From the NCBI GenBank assembly GCA_964016885.1, contig OZ024742.1, forward strand, positions 102,176,001 through 102,240,000: 64,000 nt of DNA. The letters run 5' to 3'. Position numbers and translations under genes: made by a program. The notes under the pieces are model-generated. The model saw only the letters and a program-made list of their open reading frames with translations, searched no databases and was not told the origin of the DNA. Below, piece by piece: positions 1 to 12,989 of this stretch. Numbering within the stretch: the stretch's first letter is position 1; the number at the start of each line of letters is the position of its first letter. This DNA is from Eledone cirrhosa (lineage: Eukaryota).

Positions 1-442
1 GTAGATGGCCGAAATGAATACCGCAAATCTTTCTATCGACGTTCTAACGATTCTGCCAATTGGCCGCCCTCCTCGCACTGCTACCTTACACTCCATACTA
101 TAAACAGCTGCACGATACACTGCACAGTGTTGTCTCCTTCAACTAAGGTGAGGTATATCAATTACTTGTTTCACTGACGTCATAGGCGCTATACAACACA
201 ACACAACACAACACAACACAATTTCATTTAAGCTTTATATAAATATTTGAAGTTTAAAAATGTGCGAGTCCCAAAGTCAGAAAATAACTGTAATACCAAT
301 CGATCACTTAAATAATAGTTGAGAACATTAAGTAAATTACGATTAAAGACGAAAGAAATGGAGAGTAGTTCCAAGATGTAATTTACTTAATTTCCTTGCA
401 GTTTACTTGCAATTAATAAACAAAATCTTCCTTATCTATGTA

Positions 443-631
443 CAAGGGTCGACTGAAAAGTTCATAGGCCGACCATGATACTCTCATGGAATGACCAAAT
501 GAGGTTTATTTTTCAATATAGTCCATGGAAAGAAACAATGCAGTTATTAATAAGAAGAGTTGAAATTAATGTATAAAAGATTTCACATCACTCCTTCATA
601 GTCATTCTATAAACTTTTCAGCCGACACTCA
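443..631. mobile_element. Mariner-type MITE (copy 1)
   Basis: Imperfect TIRs caagggtcgactgaaaagttcatagg / tctataaacttttcagccgacactca with TA on both sides; related copies at 5517-5712 and 48747-48926. Confidence 0.75.
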
Positions 632-647
632 TATATACCAAGTACAA

Positions 648-841
648 TGATTTCTAATTTAGACACAAGATCAGCAAATCGGGGGAGGGGAAAGTTGTTT
701 AAATTGAAGCCAGTACTTTATTTTATCAAGTCTGGAAGAATGAAAGGCAAAGTTGATCAAAACGGGATTTGAACTCAGAATGCAGAAAGTCTTAATTATA
801 ATTTTGCTCGACGCTCTACCGATACAGTCAATACCCCGCCC
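648..841 (-). mobile_element. tRNA-derived SINE (Octopus-type)
   Basis: Reverse complement of the family core ttctgagttcaaatcccg...ctttgcctttcat (B-box-like GTTCAAATC), seen more than 15 times in the window. Confidence 0.8.
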
Positions 842-1994
842 TGATTATACCAAGTTTAATAATCCTACACTAACCCGGTTGCGTGCGGCCGCACTCGCGT
901 CTGCGCACGCACTCGCTCACAAAATTTAATAAGATTGTATGTGGCGAGGAAAAGTGAGATTTAATGTTTCACGTTGGATTCCTTTGTTTGTTAAAAGAAA
1001 AAAAAGAGGAAGTTGATACAGCTGAAACACTATCAAAATAATCAAACAGTAATAAGAAGCGGAGAAATGAGATGGAAGGGTCTTGATAAGGTACTGGTTT
1101 ACCTGCTCAAAGGACACAACAATAAGGTCAACCGACTGATTGGCAAACCTTTTTTATGGCTTTGTCCCTTTTGATACCAATCCGGCTAAAACCAGCTCTG
1201 GTTCTATTAAAGAAAACCACCGATTTCAAAGGCTTCTTATTTAGATTATAATTTTCCAACATAATGTTTTACCCCAAAAGATAAAAAGGAAAGATTGGAA
1301 CTCAGTTCGTATAAAGAAATACAATATAGTACAACCTATCTTGTCTGATGTTCTATAGATCCTGAAACCTGTCATAAAGGTAAAGAAGAAAGACCTCCTT
1401 CAGTCACGAATGACCATGAGATTTGCACCAAGAAAGTTCCCCTCCGTGTCACAAGTCCGGGCAAGGTTGTTTGTGGAAGACCAGCAGTCGCCCATGCATA
1501 CTAGTCTCCCCTCTTCACGCCACCGATTTTGTCCAAGGGCCGATACAACTTGGCATCAGTGACATCGCAAATCCTTTTTACAACTAAGTAAACTGGAGCA
1601 ACATGAAATAAAGTGTATTGCTTAAGGACACAACGCATCGTCGGGATCGAGAATCAAACTCATAACCTGCCATATATGATTTTAACCTGATACCAACCTG
1701 ACAAAAGTCGGCTCTGGTTCCAAACCAGCATACTTTTATATAAAACAACATAATTAAATTAGCTATTGTTATCTTGGCACCTTTAATTTTCTAATGCATT
1801 GTATGGCTTTTAAAATTATTCAAAATTATATTTCCTATTCAACAATGCTTCAAGCAAACTATAACACTCCGTTATAATTTAAGTTATTATTTTTATAATG
1901 AAATAGTTAATATTTCTAGTAAATACCACAAAATACTTCAATAATTAATTGAAATAGAGAGTATTTCATTAGAAATACGATCACGAAGAAGTTA

Positions 1995-2150
1995 AGGCGG
2001 TCAATTATCAGTTACTAGAGCGTCGAACAAATGCTTGGCAGTAATTGTTCCGACTCTTTATCTTCTGAGTTCAAACCCCGCCGAGGTCAACTTTGCCTTT
2101 CATCCTTCCGATGTCGTTAACATATAGTACCAGTCAACTACTGGGATCGG
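1995..2150 (+). mobile_element. tRNA-derived SINE, 3' end cut by a MITE
   Basis: ggcggtcaatt...ttctgagttcaaaccccgccgaggtcaactttgcctttcatcc...agtaccagtc. Confidence 0.8.
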
Positions 2151-2154
2151 TTTA

Positions 2155-2342
2155 CCGCTTATACTCGAATATAAACCGACGGATATGTGACCCAACAATC
2201 GATGGTAAAATGGGGGTGTCGGATTATATACCCCATCTAAACAATGTGTTGATTAGCTACTTTGGTTTATAAATGAGATTAGTATTTTTGTCCATTTTTC
2301 AGACATAAAATAAAGGGTCAGCTTATATTCGAGTGTATACGG
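2155..2342. mobile_element. Tc1/mariner-superfamily MITE (CCG-type termini)
   Basis: TIRs ccgcttatactcgaatataaaccgac / gtcagcttatattcgagtgtatacgg; TA on the left side. Confidence 0.65.
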
Positions 2343-2379
2343 TTATTGACTTTTCCTTCCTCTCCGCGAAAATTGCCGG

Positions 2380-2575
2380 CAGCCCTGCCAACTTCTACAA
2401 ACCCAAACGGGGAGTAACATGGAGAAACGTGTCCCCAAACGGGGAGAAATGAAGCAAAAACGGGGAGATTTTACATAATGAAAGCTATACTCATTTTCAC
2501 AAGAGAAGATATCTCTTACCCTCCCAAAAGTGGGTGGGAGATCTCCCCGCCGGACTGGGGATGGTTGACAGGTCT
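2380..2575. mobile_element. Non-autonomous DNA transposon, TIR CAGACCTGCCAAC type
   Basis: cagccctgccaac ... ggttgacaggtctg; homologous copy at 38346-38535 and a further right end at ~38665-38730. Confidence 0.65.
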
Positions 2576-3264
2576 GTGCTGGCCTTGTGTCCAAATTATA
2601 AACAGTTATTAAACAAGAAAAAGTAGAGTATAGAAGACGTGACGAAACATTGAAACACACAAAGTTAACAGAGTATAGAATAGGAAGAGTTCATTGTGCG
2701 GTTGTGTGGTTTAACAGGAAGCTTCTAGAAGCAAGAGATACGAAGCGGACGGATCTTATAGCAGACGAGTTTAAGTAGGAGACACTAACACAACAAGAAC
2801 CACAAGGGCTAATGACGTCATGGCTCTCCCTTTCTGACTTTTCCACCACAAATACAAAGATTTCCTTTTTATATGTAACATATATTCATGCACAATAACA
2901 TCGTTGGACATTTGTACTGAAAGAAGACAATCAATGCCCTACTACAATGACGGTAGTGAAAGTAACAGGATGTGTTTGTCTACTTATTATTTTCTTCTTT
3001 TAAATTTGTAGTTTTTTATCCACTGAGATGGTTCCGATTGCAGCTTCCGGAACTTTGATTCATATACTGATAACTGAAATTGTGTGAATCCTGTCACTAG
3101 ATAGATAGATAGAGAGAGAGAGAGAGAGGGAGGCGGGAGGGAGAGAGTATGTGTGTATGTGTGTATGTGAGAGAGGGGGACAGAGAGAGAGAGTGTGTGT
3201 GTGTGTGTGAGAGAGAGAGAGTGTGTGTGTGTGCGTGAGAGACAGAGAGAGAGAGAGAGTGAGT

Positions 3265-3311
<47 letters not shown>

Positions 3312-3316
3312 TGTGC

Positions 3317-3363
<47 letters not shown>

Positions 3364-3374
3364 GTGAAAGTACT

Positions 3375-3925
3375 AATCTTCATCACATCTTCTCACTGCA
3401 GTGGTAACAAAATTGGCTTTCCATGAGATGTTTTTATCTGCTTTTTTTGTGTATTGTATGTATGTACGAATGTATGTATGTATGTATGTATGTATGTATG
3501 TATGTATGTATGTATGTATGTATGTATGTATGTATGATATAACACCTGCAACCCTGATGGTATCCAATGATGTTGACTTGTTCTTCTTTTTGGTAAATAT
3601 CATCTTGGTTAAGAGAGTGGGACTGGCTTTGTGCAGTGCCTTTGCTCACTATAAAAGCTTCACGGCACAGGCATTGCTTTATATCTGGAGATCTCTCTGC
3701 ACTTGTCGTCACATGGTACCATGGGCCTAGCACTATGTGTCAATAATTGTCACAAGTGTAGTGTTTGTACCAGAGTTTTCAAGTCGTTGGCTGGACTAAA
3801 AAGTCACACTCGTTCAGCGCATCGGTAGGGGTCCTCCTACATGGATATAAAGTAGTGGCCGTACTCGAAAACGAGTTGGCAGCCACCATGTATGTATGTA
3901 TGTATGTATGTATGTATGTATGTAT
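3375..3925 (+). mobile_element. 3' end of RTE-like LINE with terminal C2H2 finger and (ATGT)n tail
   Basis: One frame reads [25 protein letters not shown], followed by gccgtactcgaaaacgagttggcagccacc(atgt)n; 3535-3888 is near-identical to 38961-39312. Confidence 0.65.
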
Positions 3926-4081
3926 TCCGTAACTGCTGCTAGAGTAGTGGGACGTACAGCGTGTCTTGGGCATTTTGAAATTCGCGGAGTCTATCCCTTC
4001 TCCAGGTCTGAACAGAGCCAATTATTTCCAGAGAAGGAGGGAGAGGGGGAGAGGGGAGAATAGAGCGACAAAAAGAAGAAG

Positions 4082-4113
<32 letters not shown>

Positions 4114-4154
4114 GAAGAAGAAGGTTCCATTTATCCTCCTTACCAGAAAATAAA

Positions 4155-4460
4155 GGCGGTGAATTGGCAGAGTCAGATATAATATATATGGTATTGGTTC
4201 CGGCTCCCTGCTCTCTCAGTTCAAATCCCACCGAGGTCAACTAAACCTTTCATCCTTTGGGGGTCGATGAAAAAGTACCAGTCTAGTACTGGGGTTGATT
4301 CTTCCTCTACATCTCTTTCACATTTCCTCTCTCTCACTTTCTATCTTTCTCTGGAAGAAATCTGCTGTAATCTGCTGGGGAGGTATGGGCTCCACCAGGC
4401 TTAAAATAGCGAAGAAACGCCGTATGTCAATACGGCGTTTCTAGGACATTTTAAGTTACG
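4155..4460 (+). mobile_element. tRNA-derived SINE, long-tail subfamily
   Basis: ggcggtgaattggcagagtc...tcagttcaaatcccaccgaggtcaac; same 3' extension (gggctccaccagg...) as copies at 21031, 40995 and 45066. Confidence 0.75.
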
Positions 4461-4984
4461 GGACCATACATACAAACATACATACCAGAAAAGACATCAG
4501 TTCAAATCATTTGATGACTTTTTATAAAACTTGAGTAAGATACATAATGTTTTCCCTACTTGTATCGACCTGAGCACAGACCGAATCAGTCTATCGATCT
4601 CATCGGTCTAGGAGAGCTTACACGGTTACGGACATTACTCTATTCACACTAAAATTGAAATTTACCCTCGTAGTGGGAATACATACCAGAATATACATGG
4701 AAGAATTTTAGCTGCGATGGAAGATGTTCCTGTTAAATGAGTTAGTTACTGTATCTCTAATCCACTAAGCTGACTGTTGTGACATTAGATAACCAGGGCT
4801 AGATGAAGACCATTGGCAGCCATAATCACTTAAAAGATTATGGTACATAAACTGTATATAGAACAAGCTCCAAATTACAGGACTAGAAAAGTACTCTTAT
4901 TTGAGGCTCTAAGCACGTGCTTATTTGGCGTAATAATTGATTCAGGGTTGGTGATAACCATTTAAGGTATACCTATTACCTATT

Positions 4985-5175
4985 ACAGAATCATGCCAAA
5001 ACCATCTGGCATCAGACCCAGGGGTAGACCCAGAGCAAGATGGTTAGAGAACACCCATGGGTTCAGCATGTCGCGCTTGGGGGATCCAGCCGGGTCATTT
5101 GGAGAGGGTTGCTTCTGACAGGATCCACTGGAATGCGTGCTTGGAAGAAGAAGAAGAAGAAGAAGAAGAAGAAGA
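4985..5175 (+). mobile_element. RTE-clade LINE C-terminal fragment with (GAA)n
   Basis: Translates KPSGIRPRGRPRARWLEN...VASDRIHW, the typical RTE RPRGRPRxxW...DRxxW tail. Confidence 0.65.
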
Positions 5176-5297
5176 CTGAGCACGTCTCCCCTCCTCAGTT
5201 CCACCGCCCCTGCATTACATTCAAGCTGTCTTCTGGTGCTCTGAGGTTGTTAGTTTTGTTTAAACCCAGGTCAGTCCTAATTAAGTAAGGCCTATCA

Positions 5298-5506
5298 TGG
5301 ATTCTAATTTAGACACAAAGCCATTTGTTTGGTGGCAGCAGAGAAAAGACGATTAGATAGACCCCAGTACTTGACTGGTACTTTATTTTATCGTCCCCGG
5401 AAAAATGAAAGGCAAATTTGACCTCGGTGTGATTTGTAAGGGGGTCGTGACACTATGCGACGAAGCATATTGTCCGATGCTCTATTGATATTGCCAATCC
5501 ACTGCC
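5298..5506 (-). mobile_element. tRNA-derived SINE
   Basis: gactggtactttattttatcg...tgaaaggcaaatttgacctcgg (reverse complement of the family core). Confidence 0.75.
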
Positions 5507-5516
5507 TATTAAGTAT

Positions 5517-5712
5517 GTGGGTAGGCTGAAAGGTTCATAGGCTGACTATAAAGGAGTGATGCTAGAGCTATGAAATCTTGCATGTATTAATTTCAACTCG
5601 TCTTATAAATAATTGCGATGTTTCTTTCTAGGAACTGCGTTGAAAAATAAACTTCATTTGGTCATTCCATGAGAGAATCTTGATCACCCAATGAACTTTT
5701 CAACCGACCTCG
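5517..5712. mobile_element. Mariner-type MITE (copy 2)
   Basis: gtaggctgaaaggttcatagg ... atgaacttttcaaccgacctcg-TA. Confidence 0.7.
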
Positions 5713-5784
5713 TATAATCAAAGACATTTTAGTCATGATTAACCCGTTTTTACATTATTCAACTGTGTATACTGTATAAACGAA

Positions 5785-6090
5785 TGGTTGAGAAGTTCGT
5801 TTCATCATCATTTGGTCTTGGGTTCCATTCCACTGCGTGACATCTTGGACGGGTGTCATTTACCATAGCCTCGGATGAACCCCGTAGACAAACTGGAAGC
5901 CGCTCTGATGGATTGTATCTGCAATTCGAAAGGTTATACAATGTGTAACACTAAATCCCACCATGAATTACGTTATAAGTACACGTGTCTGTGGAATGCT
6001 CAATCCCTTATACTTTAATTTCATGAGCAGGCTGTTCCGTTATTCAAACAACTGGAACACTCGTAACCAGAGCCGACGAAATTCCAACAT
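5785..6090 (+). mobile_element. Second SINE family (tRNA-like head)
   Basis: tggttgagaagttcg...gggttccattccactgcg head; opposite-strand relatives at ~45675-45955 and ~53015-53280. Confidence 0.55.
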
Positions 6091-6103
6091 ATACACAACA
6101 GTA

Positions 6104-6226
<123 letters not shown>

Positions 6227-6692
6227 GTGCGTGTGTGTGTGCAGGTAAGTACAAGCGTGTCTATGATCAGGTGAATTTAAATAGCTGTTGATATTTAGTT
6301 CCAGGTCAGTCTTTGGGGGGAGGGTCAATAATGAAAGACGTTCCAGCCGCAACCACACAGCCATTTTAGAGGTATGTCTACAATATGTCTACAATATGTC
6401 TACAATATGTCTACAATATGTCTAGATTACAATAAGTGATTTTCTTGCCTGTTGTTTAGCCCCAGGTCATCTCTCATCCAGCAGGCATATGACGTTCCAT
6501 CCATGATCATCCCATATTTCTAATTATCAAGGACAACATTGTTAAACGTATTAATTCTATATTTAAGACGGTAGGATGTAATTTGAGAGAAATTTGGCTG
6601 CTATTTTTAGCAGGTTAAACAACCACTTATATACTCCCAGGCTGGTTGAAGGTATAATAAGTGAATGTGTGTGAGTTTGCGAGTGTAAGTAC

Positions 6693-6791
<99 letters not shown>

Positions 6792-7051
6792 TGCGTGTGC
6801 ACATATGTGTGTGTGCGCGTATATGTGTGTGTATCTAGACGTTTTGTGTTCGTAAGTATATGTCTAAGTACGTGTTCAGTTGTTTTAAAATGTGTATATA
6901 TGTGTGTACATGTATATGTGCATGAGTGTGTGTATGCTGAGGACATCTGCATATGTATCTATCAGGTTGTGATTATGTTTGCAATTGTGTGTGTATGTGC
7001 AGGTGTGCAATTGTGTGTGTATGTGCAGGTTGTGATTATGTTTGCAAGTGA

Positions 7052-7108
<57 letters not shown>

Positions 7109-7295
7109 TGTGTGTGAGTGAGTGAGTGTGTGTGTGTGTATGTGTATGGCTTAGCGTATGCATGTATGTGTAAGTGTGTGTCAAGATTAAAGTGTCGGTT
7201 CTATAATTAATTGTTAGAAGAAACGCAACAAAAAAAGGCCGTTTGGACAGATGTGTTTGTTTACGAATATAGATAGCAACGTATGTGTGTGTGTG

Positions 7296-7353
<58 letters not shown>

Positions 7354-7559
7354 CATACAAGTATGTGAACGGCTGCGTGTGTGAGTGAAAGTGTGTATGT
7401 GTGTATGTGTGTGAGTGTGTGTTAGTGTGTGTATGTATGTGAGCGTTAGTGTGTTTGTGTGTGTAAAAGATAAACATAAATAACAAAAATAACAAAACAA
7501 TCGGCACAGTACATGGAAGGAATATATTAGTTTAACGCTTGAAATAGCTGGAAGAAAGC

Positions 7560-7594
7560 CTTAACGTTTCGGACTTTAGTCCTTCATCAGATGA
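7560..7594 (-). ncRNA. Minimal type I hammerhead ribozyme (PLE-type), family A
   Basis: Minus strand: CTGATGA-A-GGAC-TAAA-GTCC-GAAA-CGTT; palindromic AACGTT at stem III; stem I is degraded in this copy. Same ~170 bp module at 18650-18825 and 22600-22770. Confidence 0.65.
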
Positions 7595-7841
7595 TAGAGT
7601 TAGAAATAGAAGTTAAATAGAAAGTAAAGAGTGATGAGAGGAAGGAACGGGGAAAATACGAAAAAAAATTGGCAAGGAACAAACACACGTGTATATTTAG
7701 TCGGCCATCTTATATATATATTGTTATACTTGGGGAGGGTCATATTGTTGTAATAATATTGCCAGAAATAATAACAGAACACACTCACTGTTTGGTTGGT
7801 TTTCGCTTCTATATCTTTTATACCTCCATAGTTAATTTATT

Positions 7842-8150
7842 TGGCAATATTATTACAACAATATGACTCTCCCCAATATTTGGTAATATTACTTCTGGCA
7901 ATATTATTACAACAATATGACTCTCCCCAATATTTGGTAATATTACTTCTGGCAATATTATTACAACAATATGACTCTCCCCAATATTTGGTAATATTAC
8001 TTCTGGCAATATTATTACAACAATATGACTCTCCCCAATATTTGGTAATATTACTTCTGGCAATATTATTACAACAATATGACTCTCCCCAATATTTGGT
8101 AATATTACTTCTGGCAATATTATTACAACAATATGATCCTCCCCAAGTAT
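7842..8150. repeat. 54-bp tandem repeat, ~5.7 copies
   Basis: Unit tggcaatattattacaacaatatgactctccccaatatttggtaatattacttc starts at 7842, 7896, 7950, 8004, 8058 and 8112; an inverted single copy lies at 7720-7772. Confidence 0.95.
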
Positions 8151-8314
8151 AATAATATTTGTTTCGACACACGATTTCATATCAAAAACCTTGCAAAACA
8201 TGCTTAAAGCGTCCGAAATCGGTAGGCCGTTTGAGCACTCGATGCTCTTACAGAGCAGAGTACAATATCAAATAAGAAACGGAGAATCAGTGGTGCGACG
8301 AATAAAATTTATTA

Positions 8315-8409
8315 GACATATTACAATCGTTTCTCTGGCGACCAGCTCGAGGCACGATCGATGCAATGATCGAACCTGACTCTGAAATCGCAAGATTTTC
8401 AGATACGTC
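8315..8409 (-). ncRNA. Type I hammerhead ribozyme with long stem II (core G8>A)
   Basis: GACGTAT-CTGAAAA-TCTTGCGA-(46 nt)-TCGCCAGA-GAAAC-GATT-GTA-ATATGTC; stem I 7 bp, stem II 7/8 bp. Confidence 0.7.
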
Positions 8410-10293
8410 ACAATTCTACGAAGCAGAGTTTCCAAATGTCCAGTTACACCCACGGCCTTCACTCGGCAGCTTAAATCCTGTTGTTGTCTTTCGAGGAGTG
8501 GTCAAGAATTGTACACGTCATCAGTATATTTGGCCACTCATGGTCGTCGTATATTTGGTTCCTTTCATTTGCCACCTGTCAATCAAAGTTGTTCCTTATA
8601 TCGGAATTACTACTGTGGGAGGCAAGGGGTTGTATGATTGAACCGCTCGCGCCGTGTCGCAGCATTCCCGGCTTGTAGGCTCCCACACCCATGTCCATGT
8701 TTCGCGCAGGCGTGATACATATGGGCACTTATACACCCACAGCGTTCACATACACCCCCGCAACTGTATTGAATGTTCAGCGAATACTTAGAAAGAATTA
8801 AAAAAAAATGGAAAAACATTTTAAAAAAACATTCCAGAAAAACACACCCTCAAAATACCTTAAAAAACACACATTTAAAAGAAAAAGCCCTATAAAAAGA
8901 ACGTTTTAAAAAGAATGCTTGAAAGATCCTTTCAAAAAAGTTAATTCAAAGGTATTTTTGATAAATATACACATATCTACACACACACACACACACTGTA
9001 CTCAAGAAAGCATATATACTTAAGACGCTGCACATATATACAGATGAAAAAATGGAAAATCTACACATACATATGCATACACCTACACAGACATGTTCAT
9101 ACAAATACATACACCCAGACATGCATACACAAGCATGCATGCATATATGCGAGCACACACATACATGTACCCGCGCATGGGCATGCAAATGGCCATGCTT
9201 ATACATCTCCAAAAAAGCACATACTTGATGAATACCTACACATCCACACACACACGCAACTGTGCACATGGCGCATAAAATATTATATGAGACATTCTTG
9301 AGGCTTGGACCCAACCCATTCAGGGGACCATATAAGCCTGAAAGTGCATGCACAATATGCATATATGCAATAGCTAGGTAGTAGCCATGTACTAATCACA
9401 TATAACATGGGGGGGGGGGGGGGGCACATACATAAATAAATAAAGGCGTGTACGTACATAAAATAAAATAAAATAAAATAAGATAAAATAAAATACTGGA
9501 AAAAGGAATCTATACATGAAAAAGATGCAAAGGGGGTATCTGTTCACGCCACCCGGACATTATTGGGATTTGCATAAAGTTGCATAAAATACTTGAGGAC
9601 TGTGATGCATAGGGTTATATAAGATACATAAGGACTGACGATCCAAGGGACTGGGTACGAACCTGCACATCAACCATGCACATAGGACAGGTTTCATGAC
9701 GGGTGGACACAAGGGATCGTGTGTGTATACACAAACAAGTTATATATATTGTGAATGTTTAAAATATCCTCTTCATAAAATATCCTCTTCATATATGAAA
9801 TGTACATGAAATGGATGCATATATGGAATATCTCGGGAATGTATAGAATATGCGTTTCATAACGGTATATATGAAATGTACATGGAATGGATGCATAATG
9901 GAATATACTAACGGCTTGTGTTGTAGGCATGTATATAGCAACGGCAGGCAAAGTTAGAATTAACTGCAACATTAACATTAAGACCAGCATCAAGTCCAAT
10001 ATCAAAGTAGCAAATTAAACATCAAGACTCGAAAATTTAAACTCGAAAGATTAAAAATTACAAATCAAAAATTCAAATTCAAATTCAAAAATAAGGTTGT
10101 ACACAAAATCAGACTTATATTGAGTCGGCGTCGCCAGGTTGGTGGGGCGGTGTTATCCAAGGTACGTTACGAGGTATGTATCGTTGGATCAGTCGTTGAT
10201 ATCAGCTTGTTCCACCTTGCATTCATAGGTATGGTGTGGCATATCGTGGTCCACTGCATGCGCCTCACCTGACATTTTCGTACCGGTAGGGTC

Positions 10294-10530
10294 TTAGATA
10301 GACCCATCCAGTATCACTAAAGCAGAGAGCGTGCATTTACGTTGGTGTCTGCAGGCCATGATGATTTCAGATTTGAGGTTGACTGCGTCACCCTTTAGTT
10401 TTACTATCTCCATAGCCACGGACAGTCATAACCTGCTCCTCATCTCGTGAGCCGAGTACGAATTCGTGCGCTGGACAATACTCCAGCTGAGGTCAAACTC
10501 CGTGCCACTGTCTTTGAGTCCCCATATTAG
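10294..10530 (-). pseudogene. PLE GIY-YIG endonuclease C-terminal remnant
   Basis: LIWGLKDSGTEFDLSWSIVQRTNSY...RL*LSVAMEIV...VNLKSEIIMACRHQRKCTL; parallels YIWSLKD...W.I...Y...LC...LNKKYEAISAC of the ORF at 23978. Confidence 0.75.
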
Positions 10531-11351
10531 GTCCATTCCATGTACATTTCATATATACTATTATGAAAGGGATATTTTAAACATTCACAATATATATAAC
10601 TTGTTTGTGTATACACACACGGTCCCTTGTGTCCACCCGTCATGAAACCTGTCCCATGTGCATGGTTGATGTGCAGGTTCGTACCCAGTCCCTTGGATCG
10701 TCAGTCCTTATGTATCTTATATAACCCTATGCATCACAGTCTTCAAGTATTTTATGTAACTTTATGCAAATTCCAATAATGTCCGGGTGGCGTGAACAGG
10801 TACCCCCTTTGCATCTTTTTCATGTATACATTCCTTTTTCCAGTATTTTATTTTATTCTATTTTATTTTATGTACGTGCACGCATTCATATATGTGCACC
10901 CCCCCCCCATGTTATATGTGATTAGTACATGGCTACTACCTAGCTATTGCATATATGCATATTGTGCATGCACTTTCAGGCTTATATGGGCCCCTGAATG
11001 GGTTGGGTCCAAGCCTCAAGAATGTCTCATATAATATTTTATGCGCCATGTGCACAGTTGCGTGTGTGTGTGGATGTGTAGGTATTCATCAAGTATGTGC
11101 TTTTTTTGAGATGTATAAGCATGGCCATTTGCATGCCCATACGCGGGTACATGTATGTGTGTGTGTGTGCTCGCATATATGCATGCATGCATGTGTCCGC
11201 CGGCGAGACAATTGTAACACAATAAATTGAGTTCAGATGCATCACTGATTTTTCGTTTTCTATTATATCATACTCTACTCTGTAATAGCATAGAGTGCTC
11301 AACCGGCATACCGCCTATGGAAGCATTTTAGCTACCACCAGACCCCCTCCC

Positions 11352-11419
<68 letters not shown>

Positions 11420-11526
11420 GTATAGTTAATGCGAAGGATTGTGAGATACTGATAAGCAGAAATATATACAGGGCAAAGGATGACAAATAAAACAAAACAA
11501 ACTAATGTTTTACCCAGTGTATTTCA

Positions 11527-11564
11527 ACATGATATTTCAGGGCTAATACCCTCTTTTCAAATGT
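11527..11564 (-). ncRNA. Degenerate type I hammerhead
   Basis: ACAT-TTGAAAA-G-AGGG-TATTAG-CCCT-GAAA-TA-TC-ATGT; stems I and II intact, two core substitutions; lies downstream of a GIY-YIG remnant. Confidence 0.5.
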
Positions 11565-11659
11565 GAAACGGAAACGGCTCAAAGCAAAAACGAACGATCG
11601 ATGTGTTCTTCCTTAATTGGTCTGAATGTCAGAAATACGCATGCGCGGAACCTTAAGGT

Positions 11660-12005
11660 AGCTAATCTGCTTCGTCCATTTCCAATCTATTATTTAACTG
11701 TGCTTAATTCTGGTTGATGATAATGGCTTATTTGATTCTTAGATTGCCTATATTCCTTTCCATCGCCTCTATGGTGACGTCATGTCTCGGCTGTGGCATC
11801 TGTCAAGATGTTTTTGTTTTTTTAACAGAAGAAGTTCTTGTCATTATGTGCTCCTTGATCCGCATGTGCAGCATCCGGACAGAACTTCCGATGTACCAGC
11901 AGCTACATTTTTTTACATGTGGCCTTGTACACCACATACGCTCTTATGCACACATCTGTATTGATATATTTCTACTGCATTGTACCGGATTTTTGAACTT
12001 ATCAA

Positions 12006-12008
<3 letters not shown>
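11660..12008 (-). pseudogene. PLE GIY-YIG endonuclease remnant
   Basis: YVVYKATCKKCSCWYIGSSVRMLHMRIKEH, then a frameshift, then NLRIK*AIIINQN*AQLNNR; the module 11418-12008 is bounded by (TA)n on both sides. Confidence 0.8.
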
Positions 12009-12066
<58 letters not shown>

Positions 12067-12246
12067 TAAAAGGAAAAGAAAATGCTGACAAATTTTTCCC
12101 AGTGAAAAATAATTTAATTAGGAATAAGTATAAATTAGTAATAAGTATTGGTTAGCATTCAGTTTTAGTTTCAAGTTTTTACCGGTTGCGCATTTCTAAT
12201 GCTTTTCAAAAATAATTTTGAGATAGAGCGCTCGTGATGTTTGCTC

Positions 12247-12364
<118 letters not shown>

Positions 12365-12584
12365 ATGTAAATCTGAATAGACTGTTCTACATTTTCATAC
12401 TTAAGTTTATTAAATGATGCCTCTGAAATCGTCGGATACTGGTTTACACAGTACCAGTTCTTACTTATATGGGTACAACTGACATGGTGTGCTTTAGCCT
12501 GATTACTTCTTAATTCGTTGATTGCAGTGAAAATATTCAATATTTACAACCAACTAACAGGTATTAAAGATATATATATATATG

Positions 12585-12681
<97 letters not shown>

Positions 12682-12810
12682 TGTTATACTTTGGGAGTGT
12701 CATGCTGCTGCCAATAAAAACACAATACACCTGTTGGTTTTCACTTCAAGGTATTATACATTTCCGGCTGGTTGGTTGGTTCGATAACCGGATGGTTGTT
12801 TATATATTGT

Positions 12811-12850
12811 CAAAGCTCTTTCGTCACACATTCTGTGACTTCCTCAGTGG
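12811..12850 (-). ncRNA. Minimal type I hammerhead ribozyme
   Basis: CA-CTGAGGA-A-GTCACA-GAATG-TGTGAC-GAAA-GAGCTT-TG; perfect 6-bp stem II, AGCT palindrome, short stem I. Confidence 0.65.
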
Positions 12851-12989
12851 CTGTTTATTTTTAATTTTGTGTCTCTCCTTTGTTCTGTCCTACACCATCT
12901 TGTTTGTGTGTGTTGTGTAAGCAGCCATCTCGATCAGGTTACGAGCATGAAAATAACATTACTGTTAGGATGACCATTGAACTTAAAAT

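Larger units (their letters stand above)
8150..11330 (-). mobile_element. Penelope-like element: 5'-truncated body plus inverted 3' duplication
   Basis: GIY-YIG C-terminus at 10294-10530 (-), long 3' region, HHR at 8315-8409. 10532-11196 is an inverted copy of 9127-9890, and 11198-11313 is a diverged inverted copy of 8221-8340. (TA)n follows on the right. Confidence 0.8.

Noticed and set aside
870-920. GC-rich palindrome gtgcggccgcac as a Helitron end
   Set aside because: No CTRR terminus or second copy found.
7842-8150. CRISPR-like array
   Set aside because: Units are identical and contiguous, with no unique spacers and no cas genes, in a eukaryotic context.
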